IMG/VR virus record: IMGVR_UViG_3300027977_000009
Source: a virus
Direction: 5' to 3' (one strand)
DNA length: 64,000 nt
Shown: one piece after another, positions 25,684-36,502 of the stretch
How positions within the stretch are numbered: the first letter of the stretch is position 1
Layout of the letters: every line of letters begins with the position of its first letter
The notes under the pieces: generated by a model
Database searches by the model: none
The model's input: the letters and a program-made list of their open reading frames with translations, nothing else
Told to the model about the DNA's origin: nothing
Program-made: the position numbers and the translations under genes

Positions 25684-25953
25684 ATGTTGAAGATGAATCT
25701 TGCACATGAAGCACACGTAGGAGAGCTTAGGAAGCTCCGTGAAGACGTTGAGCGATTTCAGCAGGGGTATGAAGCAGCAATGAGAATCGTTCGTGCTACG
25801 TACCCTGACAAGTTTCCCGACACGTATTTTATCTGCGGGGAAGGCGGCACTAAAGACGACAACAACATGCCGGAAAAGATTATGATATGTCCAGCATATG
25901 GCTGCGACTTCTCATATGTGTATGAACGCAGAGAAACTACATATGAAAGTTAA
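25684..25953 (+). CDS. Hypothetical protein
   Basis: YFICGEGG.KD.N.MPE.I.ICPAYG. Confidence 0.65.
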   Translation: MLKMNLAHEAHVGELRKLREDVERFQQGYEAAMRIVRATYPDKFPDTYFICGEGGTKDDNNMPEKIMICPAYGCDFSYVYERRETTYES

Positions 25954-26479
25954 TATAGGAAAATTTTCACCAAGAAACGGCAACAGAAAGATCAACGTCA
26001 AGATCGAAAAGTTCGATGCTTGGTCTTTAGATAACACGTTGTCGTTGATCATTTTGCCTGCACTCATTCAACTCAAACAGTCTAAGATGGGCGTACCTGG
26101 GGATTTTGTGAATGATAGTGCAGAAGATTATAATGATCAAGCTACATTTGACTTCATGAAAGAAGATAAGGATGAAGTGTTCGAAAAAGGATGCGATGCA
26201 TGGGACGACACGATTGACAAGATGATTTGGTCTTTTCAGCAGATTGCATTGGGTGACTATGATAGCAAGTATCATCACGGTGAGATGGATATCAGCTGGA
26301 AGAAGACAGACAAGCAGTATCCAAATTCTGTAACAGGAAAGATGGAAAGCACCTACCAGATGGTTGACCATAATCCCGATGAACACTGGTATGATTCCGT
26401 TGGACATCAACTGCATGAGGAGCGAATCCAAGAAGGTTTAGACCTGTTCGGTAAATATTTCCGCTCACTCTGGGATTAG
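25943..26479 (+). CDS. Phage hypothetical protein
   Basis: DAWSLDNTL...IILP.L.QLK ... GLDLFGKYFRSLWD. Confidence 0.75.
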   Translation: MKVNIGKFSPRNGNRKINVKIEKFDAWSLDNTLSLIILPALIQLKQSKMGVPGDFVNDSAEDYNDQATFDFMKEDKDEVFEKGCDAWDDTIDKMIWSFQQIALGDYDSKYHHGEMDISWKKTDKQYPNSVTGKMESTYQMVDHNPDEHWYDSVGHQLHEERIQEGLDLFGKYFRSLWD

Positions 26480-26496
26480 GTTACTTATAAATCACG

Positions 26497-27021
26497 ATGA
26501 AAGATTTAAAAATGGAACCCAAATACATATCCCTTTATATGGATATCGCTGAAAGAATAAGCCAAATGTCACACGCTAACAGACTTCAAGTTGGTAGTGT
26601 GATTGTTAAAGAAAATACTATATTGTCATATGGATGGAATGGTATGCCTGCGGGATGGCCAAACATATGTGAATACAAGGAATATAAGAAACCTTATTGG
26701 ACTGGAATTGATCCAATGACGCTCACTCCGTTTGATGAATTGTATCCGTTAGAAGACGAAGAGGGTAGATATAGATGGGTCACAAAACCCGAAACACTAC
26801 ACGCTGAAATGAATGCATTAATGAAGGTTGCGCAATCCACAGAATCCTCGACAGGAGCAACATTGTTTTGCACCCATGCTCCATGCATCGATTGTGCAAA
26901 AGCTATCTATCAAGCTGGTATCTCTACTTTGTATTATCGAGAAGAATACCGCTCAACATCGGGAACACAGTTTTTAAAGATATCGGGAGTAAATGTCTAT
27001 CAATATACCAACTGCGTATAG
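26497..27021 (+). CDS. cd: dCMP deaminase
   Basis: GWNGMP, HAEMNA, PCIDC. Confidence 0.9.
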   Translation: MKDLKMEPKYISLYMDIAERISQMSHANRLQVGSVIVKENTILSYGWNGMPAGWPNICEYKEYKKPYWTGIDPMTLTPFDELYPLEDEEGRYRWVTKPETLHAEMNALMKVAQSTESSTGATLFCTHAPCIDCAKAIYQAGISTLYYREEYRSTSGTQFLKISGVNVYQYTNCV

Positions 27022-27193
27022 AGCCAATATAGAAGTTCCATACGGGGAACTACAGAAAATAGTTGAATGGTGTGACCGCAACTGCACCTCTGATTGGCGT
27101 TATATGGAAGATGTGAATAATCAATGGGGCGGATATGAGTTTTTTTTTGAGTCCGATCGTGACCTCGTAGCCTTTTTGTTTTGGAACAAGTGA
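26993..27193 (+). CDS. Hypothetical protein
   Basis: Operon-packed ORF. Confidence 0.55.
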   Translation: MSINIPTAYRANIEVPYGELQKIVEWCDRNCTSDWRYMEDVNNQWGGYEFFFESDRDLVAFLFWNK

Positions 27194-27444
27194 TGACACA
27201 TATTTTTATACATAGAGAATCTAACAATTTTGATGACATATTGAAGGACGTAAATCTTAAGCGAAAGATTTTAACCACCTTGAAGTTTACTAATCATCTG
27301 ATTTTGTATTTCAAAGAAGATGAGGGTATTATTTCATACTTACTACTCAAGTACGGTGATGACATCCGAGGTACATCTCAAATCATTCCGGATAGAACAC
27401 CAATTATGTACCAAGACTACACTCCTATAAGGAAACGCCCGTAA
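27193..27444 (+). CDS. Hypothetical protein
   Basis: Operon-packed ORF. Confidence 0.5.
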   Translation: MTHIFIHRESNNFDDILKDVNLKRKILTTLKFTNHLILYFKEDEGIISYLLLKYGDDIRGTSQIIPDRTPIMYQDYTPIRKRP

Positions 27445-27474
27445 AGATAAATAATATACGGAGAGGATAACAAC

Positions 27475-28440
27475 ATGAATGATCCCAGAGACCTTTACAA
27501 GCTATTCAGAGAGCTTGAGAACCAGCACCAAGAAAATGACACTGTATGTTTGTATGACCGTTTTGATTTGGAACTTAACGAACACTTCGTCATTGAAAGC
27601 GGCGTGGTTGGTTTAACAGAAGACGGCGTTATCATCCAGCTTGACGAAGACGCAATGGAGTTCCTTGACTTTAACGGTGTCCTACTAGAATCCGAAGGTA
27701 ATCTCAAAGAAGATCAAGAAAGCATTGAGGCTGTAGCGCACGCTATTCTACGCCGAATTTTACGCCAACACACAGATGTATTTGCTAAGTACGGTCCTGC
27801 TGCTGTTATGGATGCAGTTGATGATGTTGCTGAGTTTGCGGGCGGAGATGGCTTAGAAGAAATTGGTTCTAGCGATGTTAGCATTTGGACCAACCAAGTC
27901 ATTCAATATTTAGAAAGTGGTCGTTACAACGAAAATCCAGTATTAGAAGATTCCGACATCTTTGCTAAGGTCGTAAAGGGCGATAACCCTTTCCAAATAA
28001 TTTATGATGGTCTCTCGGGTCATTTTGGGGAAGAGTCACGAATTAGACTTCAGGATATGTATGACGATATAGTGATTGATCGTGGATATCATCCAGACGA
28101 TGACCTTGAACAGATTATCAATCATATGATTGACCTTATTTGGAATAGCCGTGATCACTCCCAAGCTGAACTTCCCGAAATCAAGAAGCTTGCATTAGGC
28201 GAAGCGGAATATCAGGGGCGCAAGGTTACGTTAAACAAGCCCATGCAAGGTGATGTGGCCAAAAGCAAAGTATACGTGAAGAAACCAAACGGCAAGGTTG
28301 TTAAGGTAAACTTCGGTGACAAGACTATGCGTATCAAGAAGTCTAATCCTGCTCGACGCAAATCGTTTAGAGCTAGACACAACTGCGAGAATCCAGGACC
28401 TAAGTGGAAGGCTCGCTACTGGTCCTGTAGAATGTGGTAA
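27475..28440 (+). CDS. Late acidic multidomain protein with basic C-terminal domain (probable head protein)
   Basis: ATAAATA promoter; L-x-E junctions; C-terminal KVNFGD...RRKSFRARHNC...YWSC. Confidence 0.7.
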   Translation: MNDPRDLYKLFRELENQHQENDTVCLYDRFDLELNEHFVIESGVVGLTEDGVIIQLDEDAMEFLDFNGVLLESEGNLKEDQESIEAVAHAILRRILRQHTDVFAKYGPAAVMDAVDDVAEFAGGDGLEEIGSSDVSIWTNQVIQYLESGRYNENPVLEDSDIFAKVVKGDNPFQIIYDGLSGHFGEESRIRLQDMYDDIVIDRGYHPDDDLEQIINHMIDLIWNSRDHSQAELPEIKKLALGEAEYQGRKVTLNKPMQGDVAKSKVYVKKPNGKVVKVNFGDKTMRIKKSNPARRKSFRARHNCENPGPKWKARYWSCRMW

Positions 28441-28550
28441 AAATGTACTGCACCCTAACCTTCAATAAATATTGATATGACTACTACAACTTCAATAGAA
28501 GAAATCTACGGGGCCAGCGAACTAATGCGCCATTCGGTCCGAGCCACGTA

Positions 28551-28736
28551 ATGTCAAATACACCCGGACAAGACAATACACGGTATGAAGTTATTACCCA
28601 AGAAGATGAATCGGGCGATATGGTCATACCTATTCCTATTACCGTCCTAGAAAAATTAGGATGGAAAGAAGGGGATAATGTAGACATTGGGGTTGACGAA
28701 AACAACCAACTATTTTTAAGGAAAACGAACAAGTGA
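28551..28736 (+). CDS. AbrB/MazE-like small protein
   Basis: IPIP..VLEKLGWKEGDNV. Confidence 0.7.
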   Translation: MSNTPGQDNTRYEVITQEDESGDMVIPIPITVLEKLGWKEGDNVDIGVDENNQLFLRKTNK

Positions 28737-29194
28737 ACAATGATAACATTTATGTTGATCCGGTCGAGACAATAGACAAACTACTAGAAATAACTGATGT
28801 TGATCCTTCCTTGCCACAACTTTCTGCGGTCAAAACCGCAATTCCAAATTCAGGAATATTAACGGGAGGAAATTATATAGGTACTAATCAGGGATTATTT
28901 GTTAATAACACTATTAGTGCAACATCAGGATCTTATACTATTTCAACTAGTCTTGGAACTCCTGTCATCAGCAGTGGGCCGAACGGCAATGTAGTGATAA
29001 CCGGCGAACTTACCGTTGGCGGAAAGAATATCGGAAAACTCCTAGATACTATCGAACAGCGTTTGGCTATCTTGCATCCAAACGCTGAACTAGAAGACAG
29101 GTGGGAAGAACTAAAAGAACTAGCCGATCGCTATAGAGAATTAGAAAAGAATATTCTCGAAAAAGAACGAATTTGGTCAACATTGAAAAAGTAA
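28733..29194 (+). CDS. Hypothetical protein
   Basis: [18 protein letters not shown]. Confidence 0.7.
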   Translation: MNNDNIYVDPVETIDKLLEITDVDPSLPQLSAVKTAIPNSGILTGGNYIGTNQGLFVNNTISATSGSYTISTSLGTPVISSGPNGNVVITGELTVGGKNIGKLLDTIEQRLAILHPNAELEDRWEELKELADRYRELEKNILEKERIWSTLKK

Positions 29195-29217
29195 AGGACA
29201 AAAGTAAATCTAACACT

Positions 29218-29436
29218 ATGAGTAAGAACGATATAATTAAGGCAGAAGGTCAGGTTATTGATGTATTGCCGAATGCTACCTTCAAAGTAAAATTATCCGA
29301 CACAGACCTGACTATACTGAGCTATGCTTCAGGCAAGATGAGACAACACGAGATACGCATTCTCATGGGAGATCAGGTTGATGTAGAAATGAGTCCGTAT
29401 GATCTTTCTAAAGGACGAATTGTCAGGCGCAAGTAA
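29218..29436 (+). CDS. infA: Translation initiation factor IF-1
   Basis: [15 protein letters not shown]...[25 protein letters not shown]. Confidence 0.95.
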   Translation: MSKNDIIKAEGQVIDVLPNATFKVKLSDTDLTILSYASGKMRQHEIRILMGDQVDVEMSPYDLSKGRIVRRK

Positions 29437-29450
29437 CGATAAATACTCTC

Positions 29451-30011
29451 ATGCTAGAGTTTATCAAGTTACTTGAGGGTAAGGCTAAATCTACGGATTT
29501 AGAAATCATACCATTAAACTTCACCGAGCGTGAGGTGTCATCTGTGATGAGCGGTGATACCCTCGACCTACATTACACCAAACTGGCAAAAGGTTACGCT
29601 AAGCGGTATAACGAAAAACAAGGGGACCCTGAGTTTAATTACGCAGGGGTTTTCCTACATAATCTTTGGTTTACGCAATTCAGACAAGTCACTCTTAACA
29701 ATAAGCCCAACGGTCCTATTAAGGGATTTATTGAAAAAAACTACGGAAGCTATGACAGCTTCAAAGATAAGTTTGAAGAAATAGCGATGACGATTCAAGG
29801 ATCAGGCTGGGTATATCTTGCACACGATGGCAGCATCAAAACAATCAAAAACCATGAAGTTAAAAGCGACATACTATTATTAGTAGACTGGTGGGAACAT
29901 GCATTCATATTGGATTACGGTTCCGATAAAAAAGCCTACTTGCGTAACCTTTGGAAGATCATTAACTGGAATGTGATCTCTACTCGTTTAGGAAAATATT
30001 GGTCAAAGTAA
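29451..30011 (+). CDS. sod: Fe/Mn superoxide dismutase
   Basis: LHY, HNLWF, QGSGW, DWWEHAF; late promoter and leader MLEFIKLLE. Confidence 0.88.
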   Translation: MLEFIKLLEGKAKSTDLEIIPLNFTEREVSSVMSGDTLDLHYTKLAKGYAKRYNEKQGDPEFNYAGVFLHNLWFTQFRQVTLNNKPNGPIKGFIEKNYGSYDSFKDKFEEIAMTIQGSGWVYLAHDGSIKTIKNHEVKSDILLLVDWWEHAFILDYGSDKKAYLRNLWKIINWNVISTRLGKYWSK

Positions 30012-30194
30012 ATGGATACTGATGACCTAAGAAAACTTGCAGGTATAGTTGACAGTAGGGGCAAACCTACTCATATGGAGCCTATCAATCGTAGCGGCAT
30101 TACCGCTAAGCCAGGTACAGATGATTGGTTTAAACAAATGTTTCCCGTGAACGATATGCAAATGCCAGTTGGATTTAGGGGGCGCAAAAAATGA
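30012..30194 (+). CDS. Small late protein
   Basis: LRKLAGI ... KPGTDDWF. Confidence 0.6.
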   Translation: MDTDDLRKLAGIVDSRGKPTHMEPINRSGITAKPGTDDWFKQMFPVNDMQMPVGFRGRKK

Positions 30195-31570
30195 AGGCTA
30201 GCGAATTCATTATCGAAGGCAGCAATACAAATTTAGAGAACGCTGTCAATAAGATGGTGTATGGGTATCTTCATGGGAGATCCATAGAAAAAAACACATG
30301 TTATTCTTATGTGGGACAAGAGTTAGCCCGCATAAAACCCGATCGTGCCACCATCAGATTTTGGGGTCGTAAGCCCAAACTAATCGTACATGGTGATGCT
30401 GTACTCCCTGATGGTAAAGTAATCTCAACTACGCCACCTGACTTATATGATAAGTTTGGATACGAGATAGTAGACACCTTGCTTTTAAAAGATTTATTAG
30501 CAAGAGCATCATCTGACGCAAAGCTAAATGAATCTGACACTTCAGTGGGTGACCGTATTCAATCTCAACTAGGATTGAAGTCTTTTGTTGTGTTTGCACG
30601 AGGTGATGACCTTGAATTAGCTTCATTGATTGTCGGTAAAGACAAGCAAGGACAGGGTTTGGGTACTAAAGCTATGAAGATATTGACTGACTATGCTGAT
30701 ACGCACGGTAAACGTATCATATTGACTCCGGGTTTACAAGATAAGATACAGGGTACTACTTCTAGAGGTAGACTCGTTAAATTCTATAAACAATTCGGTT
30801 TCAAAGAAAGCAAAGGTAGAAACATCGATTACGCACTAGGTGCCGGAAAGATGTATCGTGAACCTAAACTAGACGAGATGGCTCTTCCTGCTGATTGGGA
30901 AGAGGGTGCATTAGGTGCTGATCAGACCTTCAAGAATCGCTTACAGTACGCTCTAGAGCGAGCTAAGAAGCTTGGCACTGGGTCATCGAGAGTCGCGTTC
31001 ATAATAGAGCTTGAGGGGCGTCCTACAGTCTTGAAGGTGGCAAAAAATCGCAAGGGTGTAGCACAGAACGAAGCTGAAGTTAGTGTACTAGACGATGGTT
31101 ACCTTGGTAGGTTAGACATCGTTATCCCACTCATCGACTATGATCAAAAGAATCCGTCTCCGCTTTGGATTCAAACTGAACTTGCTAAGAGAGTAACCGC
31201 TAAACGATTAGCAGAACTATTGCACTGTAATGACTTCTGGGAGTTCCTTGATTGCGTTTACACTATAATTAATCCTAAGTCAAAATCCCGGGCTATACGG
31301 GGTCAAAATGGACCAACTGAAGTGAAAATTGAACCGAGTAATCTAGAAAAGACTAAACAACGATTACTCGCCAATGGTAAATCTGAGCAAGAGGTAGAAC
31401 TATTTGTCGAATATGTAGATGATACCGTTAATCTACTACACAACTCTGAAGTAGTATTCGCAGATTTACGTCAACCAGCCAACTGGGGTGAATATCAGGG
31501 TAGACCAGTTATTATCGATCTTGGATTTACTGAAGCAGTGCGACACCTTTATCAGAGGGGCAACCGATGA
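30191..31570 (+). CDS. Multidomain late protein: unknown domain + GNAT + kinase-like
   Basis: QGQGLGTKAM...LVKFYKQFGF; LGTGSSRVAF..VLKVA...DLRQPANWG..IIDLG. Confidence 0.7.
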   Translation: MKASEFIIEGSNTNLENAVNKMVYGYLHGRSIEKNTCYSYVGQELARIKPDRATIRFWGRKPKLIVHGDAVLPDGKVISTTPPDLYDKFGYEIVDTLLLKDLLARASSDAKLNESDTSVGDRIQSQLGLKSFVVFARGDDLELASLIVGKDKQGQGLGTKAMKILTDYADTHGKRIILTPGLQDKIQGTTSRGRLVKFYKQFGFKESKGRNIDYALGAGKMYREPKLDEMALPADWEEGALGADQTFKNRLQYALERAKKLGTGSSRVAFIIELEGRPTVLKVAKNRKGVAQNEAEVSVLDDGYLGRLDIVIPLIDYDQKNPSPLWIQTELAKRVTAKRLAELLHCNDFWEFLDCVYTIINPKSKSRAIRGQNGPTEVKIEPSNLEKTKQRLLANGKSEQEVELFVEYVDDTVNLLHNSEVVFADLRQPANWGEYQGRPVIIDLGFTEAVRHLYQRGNR

Positions 31571-31698
31571 AGATCGCAGAACTACTAACAGAAGACGAAG
31601 AACCAAAGACACTCAAATATTAACCCTCACGCCAAAAGCTGTTGCGGATGCGGTACTTCTTTTAGTCCTTGTTGATAAATACAACATGAGGACATGCA

Positions 31699-33114
31699 AT
31701 GAGTATATCAGGTAAACAGACAATCAATGTTGGCTTGCCCAACGAATCTACAGGAAGCGACTCCCTATATACTGCTTTCAACAAAACTCAATACAACTTT
31801 GACACATTATTTGCTTGTGCGAGTCCATTCAACACCTTTACCTCAAGTAACGGAATAGACATCGTATCTGATGCTGGCAACGGCACAATAGCATTCACCA
31901 ATACTGGGGTGACCAATATCATTGCCGGCACCAACATTATAGTCAGTAATGCAAATGGTAATGTAACTATTTCATCAACTGCGGGCAACGGCAATGGCGG
32001 AGGAACTGTTACGAGTGTAGCATTGGTTCCTTCTGCAAGACTGACTGTTTCCGGATCTCCTGTAGTCTCGTCCGGCGTTATTAATATTGATTTAGCTGCA
32101 AGCGGAGTCTTGCCGGGCACATATGCAAATCCAACAATGACAGTTGATGCTTATGGAAGAGTTACATCGGCGACCGGTGGCTCCGTATCAGGCACAGTAA
32201 CTAGCATAGGACTTACCCCCGGCTCTGGTATTCAAATCAACGGCGGTCCAATCACTGCTAACGGAAACATAACAGTCACGAATACAGGTGTACTTAGAAT
32301 CAATGCGGGCGCCGGTATCGCGCTTTCAAGTGGCAATGGTAATGTAACCATTTCTACTACTTCTGTTGGTGGCACAGTTACTAGCGTTGGTGTTTCGAGC
32401 AGCCAACTAGTCGTTACTAATAGTCCGATCGTTTCAGCAGGAACAATCGCTATCAATCTTCCATCTAGTGCTACGTTTGCAGGTACGGTCACCGCAAGTA
32501 ATATTGCCGGAACATTAACAACAGCAGCGCAGCCAAACATTACAAGTGTCGGTACGTTAACATCATTAGCGGTTACAGGCAATGTAACTGCTGGTAACTT
32601 ACTTGGTATTTTTGCCAATGGCAACTCAAGTGTTCGTATTCCTGCAGCAAATGGTAACGTTAACATTAGTGCAGTAGGCAATGCTAACATTCTTGTTGTA
32701 ACCGGTACTGGTGCCAATATTGCTGGTACATTAAATGCAACCGGTAACGCAAATGTTGGCAACATTGGTGCTGCTTCTGGTGTATTCACTACTGTTGCAT
32801 CAACTACTGCTATCTCAGCAGCAGGAAGTGAAAATCTATTAACTGGAAGTGCAGCTAATTTAGCAGTAACTTCAAGTTATTTTACTACATTGGCCCCATC
32901 AACTGCTACTCTTGCTGCCGGGACAGCTGGCCTAATCAAAACATTTATGCTAGTGGCTGATAGCGGTGACATGGTTATTACGGTAACCAATGCAGGATGG
33001 AAGAGTTCGGGCACGGGCACGATGACGTTTGATGATATAGGGGACGGATGTACTTTACAATACATCAATAATAAATGGTATTGCATCGGCAACAACGGTG
33101 TAGTGTTCGCATAA
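31699..33114 (+). CDS. Tail fibre / virion fibre protein
   Basis: N-terminal INVG..N..TGSDSLYTAFNK; Gly/Ser/Thr/Asn-rich beta repeats; TVDAYGRVT. Confidence 0.75.
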   Translation: MSISGKQTINVGLPNESTGSDSLYTAFNKTQYNFDTLFACASPFNTFTSSNGIDIVSDAGNGTIAFTNTGVTNIIAGTNIIVSNANGNVTISSTAGNGNGGGTVTSVALVPSARLTVSGSPVVSSGVINIDLAASGVLPGTYANPTMTVDAYGRVTSATGGSVSGTVTSIGLTPGSGIQINGGPITANGNITVTNTGVLRINAGAGIALSSGNGNVTISTTSVGGTVTSVGVSSSQLVVTNSPIVSAGTIAINLPSSATFAGTVTASNIAGTLTTAAQPNITSVGTLTSLAVTGNVTAGNLLGIFANGNSSVRIPAANGNVNISAVGNANILVVTGTGANIAGTLNATGNANVGNIGAASGVFTTVASTTAISAAGSENLLTGSAANLAVTSSYFTTLAPSTATLAAGTAGLIKTFMLVADSGDMVITVTNAGWKSSGTGTMTFDDIGDGCTLQYINNKWYCIGNNGVVFA

Positions 33115-33689
33115 CAACAATAAGAGGAAAAACAACATGGTCGACAACATTAAAATTACAGCACTTACTTCGATAGGCGCAAATATTGCGTATACTACGC
33201 TTGTTCCGGTTGTCAACATGACCGGAACGCCGTTGACACAGAAAGCAACTGCACAAGATTTAGGAAATTTGATTCTGAGCGGAGCAGGTGGTTCGTACTT
33301 TACTCGTGCTGCCCAATCTAATTTAGCGTTATCAGTAGCTAATGCTGCACAGCCTAATATCACTAGCGTCGGCTCTCTTACTTCTTTAACTGTTACTGGA
33401 AACATCACAACTGGGAACATTAACGGTGCAAATATTGTTGCAGCAAACTTCTTTTCTGGTGACGGGGGATTCTTGACAAACGTTTACAGTAACAGTAGTG
33501 TTGCAAATTATCTACCTACATATACAGGTAATTTGTCTGCCGGAAACTTAAACGTAACCGGTAATGTTTCTGCTGGTAACTTACTTGGTATTTTTGCAAA
33601 TGGCAACTCAAGTGTTCGTATTCCCGCTGCAAATGGCAACGTTAACATCAGTGCAGTAGGGAATGCTAATATTCTTATTGTAACTGGTA
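32590..33689 (+). repeat. ~120-bp segment shared by the two fibre genes (32590-32708 and 33571-33689)
   Basis: Both encode AGNLLGIFANGNSSVRIPAANGNVNISAVGNANIL with near-identical DNA. Confidence 0.8.
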
Positions 33690-34309
33690 TCGGTGTCAAC
33701 GTAACCGGTACATTAAATACAACCGGTAACAGTAACGTTGGTAATTTGGGTACGGCACAGGTACTCGCAACTGCAAATATAACCGCACCACAATTGATCT
33801 CTAACGTAACAACTGGTACTGCTCCATTCGTAGTAACTTCAACGACACAAGTAGCAAATCTAAGTGTGGCTACTGCCGGCACAGCAACAAGTGCTACCAC
33901 AGCAGGTACTGTAACTACAGCAGCACAACCAAATATTACATCAGTCGGTACATTATCAACCGCAACGATCACAACTGGTAACATCACTACCATCAATAGC
34001 GGATTATTGCAGAACGGCAATTCGAACGTTACTATAACAGCAAATGGCAATGTTAACGTCAGTGCAGCCAGTACCGCTAATTGGACATTCGGTACTAATG
34101 GCGTATTTTATCTAGCCGGCAACACTGTAGCAATTAATTTTGCTAACGGTAGTGCCGCGTTTAGTAACATGGTTGAATGGACTGCTTCTCCGATTGCAAA
34201 CACTAGTGCAGGAACAGCAGGACAAGCTGCGTATGATGCAGGAGGAAATCTCTATGTTTGTGTAGCCACAAATACATGGAGTAAGTTCTCAGGTACAACT
34301 AGCTGGTAG
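33137..34309 (+). CDS. Tail fibre / virion fibre protein
   Basis: AAQPNITSVG repeats; C-terminal GQAAYD..LYVCVATNTW. Confidence 0.75.
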   Translation: MVDNIKITALTSIGANIAYTTLVPVVNMTGTPLTQKATAQDLGNLILSGAGGSYFTRAAQSNLALSVANAAQPNITSVGSLTSLTVTGNITTGNINGANIVAANFFSGDGGFLTNVYSNSSVANYLPTYTGNLSAGNLNVTGNVSAGNLLGIFANGNSSVRIPAANGNVNISAVGNANILIVTGIGVNVTGTLNTTGNSNVGNLGTAQVLATANITAPQLISNVTTGTAPFVVTSTTQVANLSVATAGTATSATTAGTVTTAAQPNITSVGTLSTATITTGNITTINSGLLQNGNSNVTITANGNVNVSAASTANWTFGTNGVFYLAGNTVAINFANGSAAFSNMVEWTASPIANTSAGTAGQAAYDAGGNLYVCVATNTWSKFSGTTSW

Positions 34310-34469
34310 AATGAAGTAGTAGTTTTGATTTAGCTAAGCTACTCATGTCACTATTTCGGCGGCGATGATGACGACTAGGGCGATGAAACCGAGGGCCCAG
34401 GCGATTCAGGCCGTGATTAGGCGGCCACGGTTGCTACCGTCGCCAACCACTTTCGGTCTTTTCGATCCT

Positions 34470-34835
34470 TCATTGCACTGCCTCTAAAATATCATTAACC
34501 GAAACATTCTTGCGAGGCCTATTCTTAATTGCATCAAGTGAAACTGCACCCTTCATCTTGATTGTTTTCGAACTCTTACGAGCTTCGCGTTCCTTGTCCT
34601 CAAGCGTATCTTTAATCGTAGCCTGATCTTCGGCTGACGAAAACTCTTTGCACGTAAGCATATACTTGAGAGCCTCGATTTTAGTCATCTTATTAGGAAG
34701 ATCAATGAAATCGATACGGGAAGCCCTGCCCTTAGAAAACTGTTTTACACGGCGACACATGTCATCAGTGAAGCGAATCTTAGCGTCATTACCATGAACA
34801 GTGATGCCGACTACAGTAAATAGTTGTTCTGTCAT
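34470..34835 (-). CDS. Hypothetical protein
   Basis: AAGGAG RBS. Confidence 0.7.
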   Translation of the reverse strand: MTEQLFTVVGITVHGNDAKIRFTDDMCRRVKQFSKGRASRIDFIDLPNKMTKIEALKYMLTCKEFSSAEDQATIKDTLEDKEREARKSSKTIKMKGAVSLDAIKNRPRKNVSVNDILEAVQ

Positions 34836-35148
34836 ACTATATCTCCTTAAATAAATGTGTTAAGCTGGGATTACAGATTCTGAAAGCAGTGCGGGCCCGT
34901 ACATTGCTCGCGCCGTATCGATTGCGCGATTCATGTTGTTCTCAGCCATAAATTTAACCAGAATCTGAGAACCAGACGAAGTACGAATCCAAACTTTCCA
35001 AGCACGCATTTGATTACTCATGTTATATCTCCTTTAATATGCAAAAAAAGCAATTACAATGACTGCTACAGCCCAGCAAATCAAATCAACTTTGAGCCAA
35101 AACGTCATATCTTTATTATACGCCCAAATTTTAAGCTTGTCAAGCATT

Positions 35149-35499
35149 TTATGCCTCCACCTTGTAAGCGTTGTTCCACTTACCGATGTTGATGTCAACA
35201 TAGTAAGCAATATCATAATGATCGATTTCCGAGCGGGTGTTGTTGTACCAGCCTGCACTCTTGAGAGCAGCAAAAGCTTCAGTAAGAAATTTCTTAGCAA
35301 CACCTTCGTAGTGTTCGTGGAACCAGTAGGGGTTCACTTGATTGCAATCAGAACTGAAGTCAATCTTGCCGGACTTGAGAGTCAACACGATGCTAGAATG
35401 GTCGCGGACAGAAAGAGTGCCTTTAACACCGAACTTCTTGAGAACAGGCTTCAAGTTAGAAGCGATGATTGCCTTCTTTTCGGAATTCATATAAGCCAT
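35149..35499 (-). CDS. Hypothetical early protein
   Basis: Early promoter 35538-35566; GGAG RBS. Confidence 0.75.
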   Translation of the reverse strand: MAYMNSEKKAIIASNLKPVLKKFGVKGTLSVRDHSSIVLTLKSGKIDFSSDCNQVNPYWFHEHYEGVAKKFLTEAFAALKSAGWYNNTRSEIDHYDIAYYVDINIGKWNNAYKVEA

Positions 35500-35562
35500 T
35501 TTCGTCAGCTCCGTTCGTTTGTTTCTGTCTATAATTCAATATAGCAAAACGGGTAATTGATG

Positions 35563-36171
35563 TCAACACTTATTTTCGTATTCGGACAAAATAATGTTGA
35601 TAAAGATTTCAGATAGGTCTGCGTCAGCAGAAGCCCGAGCAGCATCAGCAGCAGCAGCACGAGCAGCATCAGCAGCAGCAGCATAAGCAGCAGCACGAGC
35701 AGCATCAGCAGCAGCAGCATAAGCAGCAGCACGAGCAGCAGCATAAGCAGCACGAGCAGCAGCACGAGCAGCATAAGCAGCAGCACGAGCAGCATAAGCA
35801 GCATTAACAGCAGCAGCATTAGCAGCAGCATCAGCAGCAGCATTAGCAGCATCAGCAGCACTAGCAGCAGCCAAATCACCATTACCATTCAAGGCATCGA
35901 TGACCTGTCGACAGGCATCTTCTACCGGTTGCCAGTAATCAGGCAGAATAGTTGGTTGTACTTTTCTCGCCTTAGCTAAGGCATATTCGATACATGCGAT
36001 ATGAAACTTGCGCATCACTATATCTATATCGATAGTATTCCAAGTAAACGAAGTTCTGTTGAACTTTTTCTTGAATTCTACTGTATCGAAATGGCGTATC
36101 AGGTCGTTGAACTGCTCGGGCGGTTCACAGAGAACCGCCCACATCTCAGCTTGATGGTCTATATTCAACAT
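35563..36171 (-). CDS. Hypothetical protein with Ala-rich (AAYAA/AARAA) repeats
   Basis: GCT-based low-complexity tract at ~35630-35870. Confidence 0.65.
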   Translation of the reverse strand: MLNIDHQAEMWAVLCEPPEQFNDLIRHFDTVEFKKKFNRTSFTWNTIDIDIVMRKFHIACIEYALAKARKVQPTILPDYWQPVEDACRQVIDALNGNGDLAAASAADAANAAADAAANAAAVNAAYAARAAAYAARAAARAAYAAARAAAYAAAADAARAAAYAAAADAARAAAADAARASADADLSEIFINIILSEYENKC

Positions 36172-36502
36172 AACTTATGTCACCTATTTTTCAACTAAGA
36201 GCGAATTATTTTTAGAGGTTAAATATCAACGCCGCGCCGAATTAAAGCAACAGTATTATTCTTTGTCCTGAGATTCATCTTGTCCGCGACTATCAGCCCA
36301 ATGAAAGAAGCCAAAAAGAATAGCAATAGTTATCACGGTAAGAACGATTTCTAGTAAGGTCATGAGGTATTGTTCCGTAGTATTAAAAAGTAAACTTATT
36401 GCGCGCTGATTGAGATCCAAATGGTTATCGCTAATACTAGGATTGCGATAACCATTCCACCGTTCAAACAATTGCGGATAATAAAGTTAATTATGGCCTC
36501 CA

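Noticed and set aside
32590-33689. Diversity-generating retroelement TR/VR pair in the fibre genes
   Set aside because: Differences are mostly synonymous and not adenine-specific; no reverse transcriptase in the window.
31788-34050. Long antisense ORFs opposite the fibre genes
   Set aside because: Expected by-product of repetitive Gly/Thr/Asn/Ala codon usage; no RBS or motifs.
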